32,000 nucleotides of DNA from an uncultured Nitrososphaerota archaeon (GTDB lineage Archaea; Korarchaeota; Korarchaeia; Korarchaeales; Korarchaeaceae): NCBI GenBank assembly GCA_964480775.1, contig CAYZRF010000006.1:30001-62000 (forward strand), read 5' to 3'. Made by a program: the position numbers and the translations under genes. Within the stretch, counting starts at the first letter, position 1, and each line of letters starts with the position of its first letter. Shown piece by piece: positions 16,491 through 26,260 of this stretch. The notes beneath the pieces are model-generated. The model ran no database searches, was not told where the DNA came from, and saw nothing but the letters and a program-made list of their open reading frames with translations.

Positions 16491-16776
16491 ACTTAGGATA
16501 CAAATCAAAAAAACTAAGCCGAACGAAGCCGAAATAGAGGTTTATGGTGAAACCTACACAATTCTAGTTCCTTTAGCTCAATCTCTTTTATCATTGAGTC
16601 GTGTCGAATTCGCCGGGTTCGATGTTCCACACCCTTTAGAAGAAAAAGGAGTATTGTACGTTAGAGTCAAGGAAGGAGATCCCATTGACGCCGTTTTTGT
16701 AGCCCTCAACAATCTAAAGAAGGAATATAGTGAACTCAAATCATCTTTATTAGAAGAACTTGAAAAGCTGAAATAA
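16480..16776 (+). CDS. rpoL: DNA-directed RNA polymerase subunit L (Rpo11)
   Basis: EIEVYGETYTILVPLAQSLL...VEFAGFDVPHPLEEK...DPIDAVFVAL matches the RpoL/Rpb11 pattern. The ATG at 16480 has GAGGAGGGGAG 6 nt upstream, so I prefer it over 16462. Confidence 0.75.
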   Translation: MKSKLRIQIKKTKPNEAEIEVYGETYTILVPLAQSLLSLSRVEFAGFDVPHPLEEKGVLYVRVKEGDPIDAVFVALNNLKKEYSELKSSLLEELEKLK

Positions 16777-16796
16777 GAGAAATAGAGGTGCAATAA

Positions 16797-18902
16797 ATGC
16801 AACTTAAGTACGAACGTGATGTCTTAATTAAAATCGTAGAATTTGTTTCTCTAGTAACTTCTTACTTGATGGGAGTTTATTTTAGGCTGAGACCTGCGCT
16901 TCTCTATGGATTTTCTCTGACAGCCGACGATCCGCTGCTTCATTATAGGATGACAAAATATCTATTAGAAACAGGAAGTCTCCCAACGAGAGACTTTCTT
17001 TCTTGGCAGCCATGGGGATATGTACCAGAAAGGGTTTTACCTCCTCTCCACTATTATACGGGGGTTTTTCTTTACAAAATTGTCCGATTGATAGCCCCAA
17101 GTCTATCTCTCTATGATTTTTCAGTCATAATTCCTGCTTTCTTTGCGCCTCTTGCAATATTTCCAGTTTACTTCATAGCTAGGGATTTGTGGGGCAAAGA
17201 AACAGCAGTTTTCTCAGCCCTTTCGCTATCATCGATAATGGCCTATCTAGTTAGGTCTCATGCTGGTTTCTATAGGCACGAACAATTTGCAATTCCGTTC
17301 ATCTGTCTTTCCTTGATGTTCACAATAATGTCAATGCGGTCAAAAGAAGAATGGAAGTCCCTACTATATGCAGGATTGAGTGGATTAATGCTTTTGTATG
17401 TGGCTGGATCTTGGGCCGCTTTCAGATTCCTATTTGATGGTTATGCTGTTTATTTTCTTATCTTACTTGTGTTGGACAAGGTGAACAGAAAGAGCGAATA
17501 CGCATTATTAATCCCCCCAATCTATGTCCTAGCTTCATCTCTGGGCTTTCTCTCAAATATAACTGCCAGAAAACAGTATTTGAGGGTAGATAGTTTACCA
17601 GTCTATGGTGCACTTTTAACAGCCCTTATATACGAAATTATACCCAGAGTCAATTTTCTGAGGAGAATTTCAAGGAAAATAAGGGCGAATTACCTTGCAA
17701 TCGTCGTATCAGTAGGTATAATGGCCTCAATGATTTTTGCGGGTTTGGCCATTCCTCTTACCGCAAGGCTCACAAGGGTAGTTTTGCCTGGCATTAGTTT
17801 GCCCAAAGGAAATGTTGTCGAAACCGTCATGGAACATAGACCTGGATCGACTGAGAACATACTTATAAACTTCTTTGGCTTCCTACTTCTTCCCTTTATG
17901 GCTGGAGTCATATTACTAGTAGTAGAACGATGGAAAAACATTGAAGATATGCTTGTTCTATTTCTTTCACTACTTTCCATGTATTTTGCGTTGAGTATGG
18001 TTCGTCTTCCTCCGTTAGCAGCGCCATTCTTCTGTCTAGTATCTTCCTACACTGTACACTGGATAACGAACGTTACATCTAAGAAGATAGAGTCCCTGTC
18101 TAGGAGAAGGCGGTTTCTTAAGAAGAAAGGTAGAAAGCCAAAGCGTTCTTATGTACTTAGTGAAATTGCTCCAGTTCTCTTGATTGCAAGCTTTCTCATC
18201 GTTGGACCACTAGCTCATTCCATTTATTCTGGTATTCAGTTCTCAAAAAGCAAACCTAACTTTATAGAGTTGGATGAAGAATGGATGAGAGCAATTCATT
18301 GGTTAACAGAGAATGCAGAACCAGGAGACATCATCATGTCTTGGTGGGATTATGGGTACTGGATCATCTTCGCATCCAACGAAAGTTTTAGGGTTCTTGT
18401 AGATGGGCTTACAATAAACAGTACCCAGATTAGACAAGTAGCAAAAGCATTTACTGGTACTGAGGAAGAAGCATTGGATGTCGCCATGAGATTTGGTGTG
18501 AGCTACATCATTATCCTTGATGTAGAGGTTGGACTTGATAGCTATTATGATCCTAATACAGGAAATACATTTTTCAGACCATTTGATGGATCAGGGAAAT
18601 GGATGGCGATGGCTTGGATTGCTAAAAGATTTGAATATAGCCCTTATAGCGAAGGATACCAGTGGTGGACAAACGATTTACCCAAGTTCTTTGTGCGTCA
18701 AGATAATACTATGTATCCGACATATAGAACCATTGATATGACCGTCTTCAAACTATTCGGTTCTTATTATAATCTAACGAAGCCGAGATACTTTGAATTA
18801 GCGCACTTCGAGACCTCCAAAGCTAAAGTAACAAGCAAGGATGGGAGCATAATAGACTACGAATGGCCCCACGTCCTGATATTCAAGGTGAAGGCGCCTT
18901 GA
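16797..18902 (+). CDS. aglB: Oligosaccharyltransferase AglB (STT3 family)
   Basis: A multi-pass N-terminal domain and the WWDYGYW motif are present. GAGGTG SD precedes the ATG. Confidence 0.92.
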   Translation: MQLKYERDVLIKIVEFVSLVTSYLMGVYFRLRPALLYGFSLTADDPLLHYRMTKYLLETGSLPTRDFLSWQPWGYVPERVLPPLHYYTGVFLYKIVRLIAPSLSLYDFSVIIPAFFAPLAIFPVYFIARDLWGKETAVFSALSLSSIMAYLVRSHAGFYRHEQFAIPFICLSLMFTIMSMRSKEEWKSLLYAGLSGLMLLYVAGSWAAFRFLFDGYAVYFLILLVLDKVNRKSEYALLIPPIYVLASSLGFLSNITARKQYLRVDSLPVYGALLTALIYEIIPRVNFLRRISRKIRANYLAIVVSVGIMASMIFAGLAIPLTARLTRVVLPGISLPKGNVVETVMEHRPGSTENILINFFGFLLLPFMAGVILLVVERWKNIEDMLVLFLSLLSMYFALSMVRLPPLAAPFFCLVSSYTVHWITNVTSKKIESLSRRRRFLKKKGRKPKRSYVLSEIAPVLLIASFLIVGPLAHSIYSGIQFSKSKPNFIELDEEWMRAIHWLTENAEPGDIIMSWWDYGYWIIFASNESFRVLVDGLTINSTQIRQVAKAFTGTEEEALDVAMRFGVSYIIILDVEVGLDSYYDPNTGNTFFRPFDGSGKWMAMAWIAKRFEYSPYSEGYQWWTNDLPKFFVRQDNTMYPTYRTIDMTVFKLFGSYYNLTKPRYFELAHFETSKAKVTSKDGSIIDYEWPHVLIFKVKAP

Positions 18903-20002
18903 GATCTCCTCTAGATTACTTCTCTAGAAAAGATCAATTTGAAAATAAAGTCTATAAAGACCTAAAGAGAGAAGTTCTGCAACTATCAACAGAGAAACAG
19001 CTGAAAAACCTTCATGGATTGGTTTTTGCGATGATAAAGCCAGCAGCATTTACTAGAGGGCTAGCTCCAGAAATTGTTCAGTGGTTGCACCAAGTAGGCT
19101 TCAAAATAGTTCTCTATAAATTTGGAGAAGTGAAAGGAGAGGAGCTAGATAAACTTTATCTTTTCGTAAAGCGAAAATACCAAGAATCTTGGTGGATAAT
19201 GGAGAGAGCTTATTCTATGGCGCCTGCCTTAGCGATGGTTTTAGTTGGAAATAAAAATAACCATGAACATGCTTGTGCTAGGTTAAGAGATCTTATTGGG
19301 CCCACGACGCCGGAAGCAGGAACAAAAGGAAATCTAAGATATGATCTAAAGGGAGTTAATCGAGTTTTTAACATAATCCATGTTTCTGATGATCCAGCTG
19401 CGGCTTTACGTGAATCAAGCGTTTTCTTCGAATTGAAAGAGGTCATAGAGTCTATAACATCCGAAGACGAAGTGAACCTATCAATTAACAAATTAAAACC
19501 TAACAATTCACGGAGAATATCTAGATGGGAGATCTTTTCAAAGCTAAAGAGGAGGTGTAACCTTCTCTTGAATTCCGAAAAGCTTCAGAAATTGCTTGAC
19601 ACGGAACTTGAAATATTAGCTGAAGACTTTCCTTTCGACAAAGAAAGAAAGGAGCTATTACCAATTGAGAGAGAGATCTCAAAAATAGCTCGTTCTATCT
19701 GGGAAGAAACAAATAAAGAAGCCATAAATAAAGCTAGAACAAAGCTCCCTTTAAGGGATAAGAGGATATGGGAAGAAATCAACGACAAGCTGTGTTCAGC
19801 AAGATGTATAGAACTCTTAAGCGACGAGCTTGAATTAACTGATGAGAGCAATTTTGAGCTATATTTACTTTGGATGATAAACAGAAACGTCATAACAGAC
19901 GGGTGGGAAGAAATTATTACTCACAGTACTTGGGCGGTAATGCCTCAAATGATTAAAGATTTCAAAAAATACGAAAAAATAATAATATCCAGAAGAAGTT
20001 AA
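18863..20002 (+). CDS. Nucleoside-diphosphate-kinase-like domain fused to an uncharacterised ~185-aa C-terminal helical domain
   Basis: Matches to NDK run motif by motif: FAMIKPAAFTRGLAPEIV, PALAMVLVG, RLRDLIGPTTPEAGTKGNLRYDL, NIIHVSD, ESSVFF. The start is more likely the TTG at 18899, which has AGGTGA 7 nt upstream and forms a TTGA overlap with the aglB stop. Confidence 0.7.
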   Translation: MAPRPDIQGEGALRSPLDYFSRKDQFENKVYKDLKREVLQLSTEKQLKNLHGLVFAMIKPAAFTRGLAPEIVQWLHQVGFKIVLYKFGEVKGEELDKLYLFVKRKYQESWWIMERAYSMAPALAMVLVGNKNNHEHACARLRDLIGPTTPEAGTKGNLRYDLKGVNRVFNIIHVSDDPAAALRESSVFFELKEVIESITSEDEVNLSINKLKPNNSRRISRWEIFSKLKRRCNLLLNSEKLQKLLDTELEILAEDFPFDKERKELLPIEREISKIARSIWEETNKEAINKARTKLPLRDKRIWEEINDKLCSARCIELLSDELELTDESNFELYLLWMINRNVITDGWEEIITHSTWAVMPQMIKDFKKYEKIIISRRS

Positions 20003-20056
20003 GCTTCTCTACCCTTATATACCTGAGACAGTATTACCTTAAGTGGGAGGACTCTA

Positions 20057-22264
20057 ATGGTGGACATTGATAAAAAGAAGGATGCCACGCTAATAGTAGC
20101 TGATGTACTCAGCCAAACAGATTTCGGGAGAGGAATAGTCAAGATAGATCCAGAGGTAATGAAAGATCTTGGAATAATGTCTGGAGATGTTATCAGGATC
20201 TTTGGATCTAGAGTTACTCATGCTAGAGTAATGCCTTCCTCTCCAACAGATGTTGGAAGCAAGAGAATCAGGATGGACAAGATAATAAGAGGAAATTCCA
20301 AGGTTAGAACGGGAGAGAAAGTTAGAATTCGTCCCGTTGAGGCGATAAGAGCAAAAAGAGTCGTTCTAGCCCCTCAAGATCAGAGAATAAGGGTTGGACC
20401 AGATTTTGGCGGTTGGGTCCATAGAAGGCTCCTCGATCAAATAGTTACTCAGGGTGATGTGGTCCTAATTCCTTTAGTTGGTAGATTTATTCCGCTAGTA
20501 GTTGTGCTTGTATCTCCAAGAAGTTATGGTAAGGTAACTGAGCTAACTAAAATTGAAGTTAGGGAAACTCCAGCCCCCCCAACCTTAGTTAGAGTTCCTA
20601 GCGTTACTTACGAGGATATAGGAGGGATAGAAGAGGAAATTCAGAGGATCAGAGAAATGGTAGAGCTTCCTCTTAAACATCCGGAGCTATTCAGACATCT
20701 CGGAATTGAACCTCCAAAAGGAGTACTCCTTTATGGGCCTCCTGGCTGTGGTAAAACTCTCCTAGCTAAAGCAGTGGCAAACGAGAGCGGAGCAAATTTC
20801 ATTTCTATAAATGGACCTGAGATAATGAGTAAGTACTACGGCGAAAGTGAAAAAAGGCTGAGAATGATATTCGAAAGGGCCCAAAGAGAGGCACCAACAA
20901 TAATATTCATAGACGAAATCGACTCTATAGCTCCAAACAGAAATGAAGTTACGGGAGAGGTTGAGAGAAGAGTAGTTTCACAGTTGTTGTCACTTATGGA
21001 TGGGCTGGAGGCTCGTGGTGACGTTATAGTTATAGGAGCTACAAACAGACCTGAAGCTTTAGATCCTGCTCTGAGAAGACCTGGAAGGTTTGATAGAGAG
21101 ATAGAAATAGGTGTTCCTGATAAAAATGGCAGGAAAGAAATACTGATGATTCACACACGAAATGTTCCACTAGCAGAAGATGTAGATCTTGAGGAGTTAG
21201 CAGAAATAACATATGGCTTTGTAGGGGCTGATTTGGCTGCCTTAGTACGAGAAGCCGCCATGGCTGCCTTAAGAAGGGTCCTCCCGCAGATAGACCTTGA
21301 GTCTGAGACAATACCACTAGAGATTTTGGAGCAGCTCATTGTTAAGAGGTCAGACTTTCAGGAAGCTCTTAAGCTGATACAACCTTCTGCCATGAGGGAG
21401 ATTTACATAGAAATTCCAAATGTAAAGTGGGATGACATAGGAGACTTAGAACAGGTTAAGAGAGAATTAATTGACCTGATAGAAATGCCCTTAAAACATC
21501 CTAAAACCTTTGAGAAAATTGGAATCGATCCACCAAAAGGTATACTCCTTTATGGGCCTCCTGGCTGTGGTAAAACTCTCCTAGCGAAAGCAATTGCCAA
21601 TGAGAGCGAGGCAAACTTCATCTCGATAAAGGGACCTGAACTTTTAAGTAAATGGGTTGGAGAAAGTGAAAAAGCCGTTAGAAAGGTCTTTAGAAAAGCC
21701 AGACAAGTTGCTCCAGCAATAATATTCATAGACGAAATCGACTCCCTATTTCCACGTAGAGGGACCGGATATGCTGATTCAGGAGTTACAGAGAGAGTTG
21801 TAAGCCAAATGCTGACAGAAATGGACGGAATCCAAAGTTTAAAGGATGTAGTTGTTATAGGAGCTACAAACAGACCCGATCTCATCGATCCTGCTCTGTT
21901 GAGGCCTGGAAGATTGGAACGTCTCGTTTATGTGCCGCCTCCTGATAAGTATGGAAGATTGAAGATTCTAAAAGTTCTAACTAAGAAAATGCCCATGGCT
22001 AAGGATGTAAATCTAGAGAGCATTGCCGAAAGGACAGAAAACTACAGTGGAGCAGACTTAGCAGCTATTGTAAGAGAAGCAGGCCTTAGTGCCATAAGAG
22101 AGGATAATAACGCCAAAATAGTTTATATGAGGCACTTCGAAGAGGCCCTATCAAAGATACAACCCAGTCTAACCGAGGAACTCATCAAGCATTATGAGAG
22201 CTTCACTTCTTGGGTAAGATCGCCAAGGAAAGTAGAGGTTACTAAAGAGGCATACGTTTTTTAA
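20057..22264 (+). CDS. cdc48: Cdc48/VAT (p97-like) double-ring AAA+ ATPase
   Basis: An N-terminal double-psi barrel-like domain is followed by two AAA modules. Each module has [22 protein letters not shown] and ATNRP..(L)DPAL.RPGR. Confidence 0.95.
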   Translation: MVDIDKKKDATLIVADVLSQTDFGRGIVKIDPEVMKDLGIMSGDVIRIFGSRVTHARVMPSSPTDVGSKRIRMDKIIRGNSKVRTGEKVRIRPVEAIRAKRVVLAPQDQRIRVGPDFGGWVHRRLLDQIVTQGDVVLIPLVGRFIPLVVVLVSPRSYGKVTELTKIEVRETPAPPTLVRVPSVTYEDIGGIEEEIQRIREMVELPLKHPELFRHLGIEPPKGVLLYGPPGCGKTLLAKAVANESGANFISINGPEIMSKYYGESEKRLRMIFERAQREAPTIIFIDEIDSIAPNRNEVTGEVERRVVSQLLSLMDGLEARGDVIVIGATNRPEALDPALRRPGRFDREIEIGVPDKNGRKEILMIHTRNVPLAEDVDLEELAEITYGFVGADLAALVREAAMAALRRVLPQIDLESETIPLEILEQLIVKRSDFQEALKLIQPSAMREIYIEIPNVKWDDIGDLEQVKRELIDLIEMPLKHPKTFEKIGIDPPKGILLYGPPGCGKTLLAKAIANESEANFISIKGPELLSKWVGESEKAVRKVFRKARQVAPAIIFIDEIDSLFPRRGTGYADSGVTERVVSQMLTEMDGIQSLKDVVVIGATNRPDLIDPALLRPGRLERLVYVPPPDKYGRLKILKVLTKKMPMAKDVNLESIAERTENYSGADLAAIVREAGLSAIREDNNAKIVYMRHFEEALSKIQPSLTEELIKHYESFTSWVRSPRKVEVTKEAYVF
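20724..20766 (+). repeat. 43-nt segment of the cdc48 D1 Walker A region, identical to 21543-21585 in D2
   Basis: Direct reading gives TACTCCTTTATGGGCCTCCTGGCTGTGGTAAAACTCTCCTAGC in both places. Confidence 0.9.
21543..21585 (+). repeat. 43-nt segment of the cdc48 D2 Walker A region, identical to 20724-20766 in D1
   Basis: Exact match by direct reading. Further exact matches: 20898-20925 = 21727-21754 (28 nt) and 21029-21051 = 21854-21876 (23 nt). Confidence 0.9.
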
Positions 22265-22293
22265 GCTAAAGATATTACAACAATTTCTTGCTT

Positions 22294-22369
22294 GGCGGGG
22301 TAGCTCAGTAGGTAGAGCGTCCGGCTGTTAACCGGAAGGTCATGGGTTCGAATCCCATCCCCGCCGCCA
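22294..22369 (+). tRNA. tRNA-Asn (anticodon GUU), CCA encoded, no intron
   Basis: Hand-folded cloverleaf. Acceptor GGCGGGG/CCCCGCC; D arm GCTC-AGTAGGTA-GAGC; anticodon arm TCCGG-CTGTTAA-CCGGA; variable loop AGGTC; T arm ATGGG-TTCGAAT-CCCAT; discriminator G, then CCA. Confidence 0.95.
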
Positions 22370-22372
22370 TAT

Positions 22373-22387
22373 TCTTTATTTTTCTCA
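22373..22387 (+). terminator. T-rich tract downstream of tRNA-Asn
   Basis: TTCTTTATTTTTCTC begins 4 nt after the CCA. Archaeal termination typically uses oligo-T. Confidence 0.3.
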
Positions 22388-22508
22388 TTATTAAGCAATT
22401 GATTATTATATGTTTGGTCTGAGAACGACCGATTTTGGCGATAAAGACAATTGTGAGGTGATTTTCAACGAAATCTTAATTGCAACTCGCGAGTCTAAGA
22501 AAGCCCCA

Positions 22509-24341
22509 TTATATGGCTCCTACAAACCTAGGACGTTTACTTAGACGATATGGCTCATTTAGGGGTCTGTATGGCATTCCTTCACATTCTTTTTTGATTT
22601 CATCCTTCAATGCATCAATTGTTGAGAAGTACTCAGCTCCATCACGCCTCCTCCTGATTGTTATACCCTCTTTTTCTAATTCTTTCTCTCCTACGAAAAC
22701 CAAATACGGAATCCATCTCCTTTCTGCTTCTCTCACCTTTTTTGCCAAGCTTAGGTCTCTATCATCTAAATCTGCTCTGATTTTATCTTTTATCAGATGT
22801 TGTATTATTTTTTCTGAATATACTAAAGTTCTTTCAGTTATTGGGAATACTCTCACCTGAACTGGAGCTAACCACAGCGGAAGCATGGGTTTGGCACCCT
22901 TATCCTCTAATTTAGCCGCTTGTTCAAGTATTGCATAGATCATCCTTTCTATGCTTCCCATAGAAGTATGAATGATTATACCTGGTTTTTTCTCTCCCTT
23001 CTCGGCTACATAGTAAATGCCATATCTCGCTGAGTCCTCTACATCCAGCTGAACTGTGCTTATCTGTCCCGTTCCTTCTGACTTATCAATGAACTGAAAT
23101 TCATGTTTCATTGCCCAGTAGTGTTTCATTTTGGGCAAAATTTCAATCAAAGCTGGCTTGTTTACATGTCTTAACATTTCCAAGATGTGGGGCTTAAATT
23201 GCTTGTAGTACTCTTTCACTACTCTAAAAGCTACGACATAATCAATCTTCAACTTCTTAAGAAGTTCGTCATACTCTCTAAAATAGAGCTTGTATACATC
23301 GAGTGCTTGGTCTATGTCGGCTGCAAACGTATGAATGTCAGGCATAGTAAAGCCCCTGAGTCGCCTAAGTCCAACACACTCTCCCCTTTGTTCCAGTCTG
23401 AAAGAGGGCGAGATCTCATAGAAGCTTATGGGTAGATGTCTTTTTGAGATCGTCATGTTTTTCATCATCTGGAATAAGCCGAAGTCGCCTGCAAACCTTA
23501 AAGTAAAGGGTACCTTGTCGATTTCAAATCGATACCCTCTCTCTCTAAACTTTTCTGCCTGCTCTGCTATAGCTGGAACTGTTAGCCTGTATATCAGTGG
23601 GGTTTCGATCTCCATAGCCCCTATCTTATTTGCTATCTGGAAGGCAAGCTCCTCTATTAGTCTTTTTATCAGGGTTCCTTCTGGATAGAACCTGAAATGT
23701 CCAACATCAGAGGCAGGTTCGTAATCAACTAACTCCAGTCTTTTCATCAACTCTATGTGCACAGGACTTTCTCCAGAAGGGGGTTTTCCAAAAACCTCGT
23801 TTCGAACGAAGATTCGGAGATCTTCGTCCTCAATCTGCTCCAAGCTGATTAACTTAGCTTCCATTCCAGAAGGGTACAGGATAATGAACTCGCTGGGTTC
23901 TCCTTTCTCTTCTTTTTCCTCAACCCGCTTCACTCCCTTTATTACTCTCAAAGACTCCGCCAATGGATGGCCCTTTACCTTAATTTCAAATGCCTTGTAC
24001 CACCCTATTGGGACTTTGTGAACCTCAAATTCGGCCATTCGTAAAGTATCTACAAATAATTCATGTAATTCTCTTGCCTTTGAGAAAGGAGCTGGTTTCT
24101 CTGTTAGATGTACCCATGGATAGACCACTAATCTATTCACACCCAGCCTATCGGCTACTGTTCTCACTTCTTCCACAGCAGCCCCAATGCTCGAGGGATC
24201 ATCATCCCTCTCATATGATGTAAACAGCACTAAGGCTTCCTCTATGGAAAAACTCTTTTGTTCGACGTCTTCTGCCTCTTTAACGGCTTTATCTTTGACT
24301 TCATAACTTAATCTATCGGAATGCAAGCAATAGATCCTCAA
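22509..24341 (-). CDS. thrS: Threonyl-tRNA synthetase, archaeal type with N-terminal DTD-like editing domain
   Basis: An archaeal editing-domain N-terminus, a class II core (FRLEQRGE, RGFTMPD, HTSMGSIERMIY) and a C-terminal anticodon-binding domain are present. The TTG start overlaps the mvk stop (TTGA). Confidence 0.95.
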   Translation of the reverse strand: MRIYCLHSDRLSYEVKDKAVKEAEDVEQKSFSIEEALVLFTSYERDDDPSSIGAAVEEVRTVADRLGVNRLVVYPWVHLTEKPAPFSKARELHELFVDTLRMAEFEVHKVPIGWYKAFEIKVKGHPLAESLRVIKGVKRVEEKEEKGEPSEFIILYPSGMEAKLISLEQIEDEDLRIFVRNEVFGKPPSGESPVHIELMKRLELVDYEPASDVGHFRFYPEGTLIKRLIEELAFQIANKIGAMEIETPLIYRLTVPAIAEQAEKFRERGYRFEIDKVPFTLRFAGDFGLFQMMKNMTISKRHLPISFYEISPSFRLEQRGECVGLRRLRGFTMPDIHTFAADIDQALDVYKLYFREYDELLKKLKIDYVVAFRVVKEYYKQFKPHILEMLRHVNKPALIEILPKMKHYWAMKHEFQFIDKSEGTGQISTVQLDVEDSARYGIYYVAEKGEKKPGIIIHTSMGSIERMIYAILEQAAKLEDKGAKPMLPLWLAPVQVRVFPITERTLVYSEKIIQHLIKDKIRADLDDRDLSLAKKVREAERRWIPYLVFVGEKELEKEGITIRRRRDGAEYFSTIDALKDEIKKECEGMPYRPLNEPYRLSKRPRFVGAI

Positions 24342-25339
24342 ATTGATCCCTCGACATGTTCTATCCTTGCCCCTTCCCTGGCAACAGGGATCTTAAAAGC
24401 CTCAAGTCCTTCGCTTTTAAGTTTAGACACTAAAGTATCGGGATTGGGTGCAATTGCAACTATGCATCCACCACCTCCTCCGCCAGAAAGTTTCGCTCCA
24501 AAAGCTCCTTTAACTCTAGCTAGCCAAGCTATGCGATCCAATTCCGGAGTTGAAACGCCAAGCGCCGATAAAAGCCAATGATTGAAATCCATCAAAGCAC
24601 CTAGACTCTCTAAGTCTCTCCTAAGGATCGCTTCCTTCCCATCGATTGTTATTGTAGCTATCATATCTAGAATCCCATCCACAATCCGACCGTACCTTAA
24701 TCTAAGTTTTGAAACCTTTTCTATCATTTTCTTTGTTTTAGTTGATTCTTTACTGCATATCATGACAAGAGGGAGGCTTTCTCTGAATTCAGTCCGCGAT
24801 GCCCTCATTTCACCATTAATCCACTCAACCCAAACAAGTCCTCCATATACTGCGCAAGCAGGCCCAGTTTTACTGGCTTTTCCGTGTATTATCCTTTCAA
24901 ATTCATAGACTGCCTCAAGTAAAGCATCTCCCTGTAATTCACAGCCTAAGAGATGCGAAACCGCCTTTGAGATAGCTGCACCAACACTTGCTGAGCTAGC
25001 CATACCGCTTCCAATGGGAACAAGAGAATCTATTCGTATTTCCAAGCCCTTGCTTTTATCTAACAAATCAAAAAGTTTGGCGACTCCCAGAGCTATGGGT
25101 TTTAGATCAGGATTACCCTCTCCTCTGATAGCATCGCCAGAAATGATTCCTCTAAATGGCTTAGCGTAAGCCGATGATGTTATCAAAATCTCCTTTTCTT
25201 TACCCTCTTGGACGGTGGCCTTAGCTCTGCGATCCACGCCAGCCGCAAGAGCAGGTTTTCCGTATAGAACAGCGTGTTCTCCAAATAAAAAGGCTTGGGA
25301 AGGGGCTGAGGCTTCTACCTTCGTTCTCATCGGATCCAC
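24338..25339 (-). CDS. mvk: Mevalonate kinase (GHMP kinase)
   Basis: APSQAFLFGEHAVLYGKPALA, PIGSGMASSASV, and KLSGGGGGGC. Confidence 0.9.
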   Translation of the reverse strand: MDPMRTKVEASAPSQAFLFGEHAVLYGKPALAAGVDRRAKATVQEGKEKEILITSSAYAKPFRGIISGDAIRGEGNPDLKPIALGVAKLFDLLDKSKGLEIRIDSLVPIGSGMASSASVGAAISKAVSHLLGCELQGDALLEAVYEFERIIHGKASKTGPACAVYGGLVWVEWINGEMRASRTEFRESLPLVMICSKESTKTKKMIEKVSKLRLRYGRIVDGILDMIATITIDGKEAILRRDLESLGALMDFNHWLLSALGVSTPELDRIAWLARVKGAFGAKLSGGGGGGCIVAIAPNPDTLVSKLKSEGLEAFKIPVAREGARIEHVEGSI

Positions 25340-25342
25340 CCT

Positions 25343-26260
25343 TTATTCCTCAAAAGTCCTAGGTCCATCCTTTCTGATAAAGTAAGAGATCATTTTAGCA
25401 ACTTTCCTAATTTCTGCTTGGGCTGAAGGGTCAAGCCTCAAGTCAAGAAAATGATTCCAAGCCCTTTTTCTCCCGCTTACAAAGACTCGAGTGGATGTGG
25501 CTTGGGTCAACACATACCGCGCATCCTCCTTTTTCACACCCATTCCAACTAACTTTTCGTATAAGCCAAAAGAATCCTTAACACCCTTTATCATGAGATT
25601 AATCAAGCTATCGTTCAAGTTTTTGGGAAGATAAAAGTCGCCTGGCTTGACATGTCTCTGGCTCTGTTGAGTAAAGCTGAGGGTTCTGTGTCTGACAAAC
25701 TGATGGCTACAAACCCTACTTATTCCTTCAACTACAAATGAAAAGAAGGCATGTTTTTCGTTTGGATAATCCGACTGGATCACTGGATAGACACATATGC
25801 CATCTTGCTCAACCCCTTCACCCAGGCTAATCGTTAGATCTAGCTGCCTCTCTGGCTTTAACCTCAAAATCGATGCAAGTACTGGAAAATTCGTTATGCT
25901 CCTTACGGCTAGATCTCTTAGGAACTTATTCTCTGATTGCATCATTTCTAAGGCTGTCCTTAGATTAAAGGAAGCAACAGCCTCATTTTCTCCGCTTAAT
26001 TCTACGTATTTGAATTCAAAAAAGATTTTCTTCAACTCATTCAAATCTTCCTTCAGATACACCCTAACGAAAGAGTGTTCGAAGACAGAGAGATGCCCCA
26101 AGGTAAACAAGCTCTTTATCAGCCTTCTAACAAGAGCAAGATTTTCTAATTCTTCAACGAGTTCCTCCAAGCTCTTGGAACTTCTTGAGATTCGGGCAGC
26201 AATGTAAATTACAGCATCTGAACCAATTGCTTCTATTCTTTCATACATGTTTAAGCTCAC
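25343..26260 (-). CDS. thyX: Flavin-dependent thymidylate synthase ThyX
   Basis: The ThyX signature RHRTLSFTQQSQR is present, along with FEH in the N-terminal part. The start is GTG at 26260; an alternative ATG is at 26248. Confidence 0.92.
   Translation of the reverse strand: MSLNMYERIEAIGSDAVIYIAARISRSSKSLEELVEELENLALVRRLIKSLFTLGHLSVFEHSFVRVYLKEDLNELKKIFFEFKYVELSGENEAVASFNLRTALEMMQSENKFLRDLAVRSITNFPVLASILRLKPERQLDLTISLGEGVEQDGICVYPVIQSDYPNEKHAFFSFVVEGISRVCSHQFVRHRTLSFTQQSQRHVKPGDFYLPKNLNDSLINLMIKGVKDSFGLYEKLVGMGVKKEDARYVLTQATSTRVFVSGRKRAWNHFLDLRLDPSAQAEIRKVAKMISYFIRKDGPRTFEE

Noticed and set aside
22480-26207. Antisense ORFs 22480-22860, 23187-23688, 23755-24223, 24582-24908 and 25797-26207 within thrS, mvk and thyX.
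   Set aside because: Each lies opposite a confidently identified gene and translates to low-complexity sequence without motifs. They are shadow ORFs.
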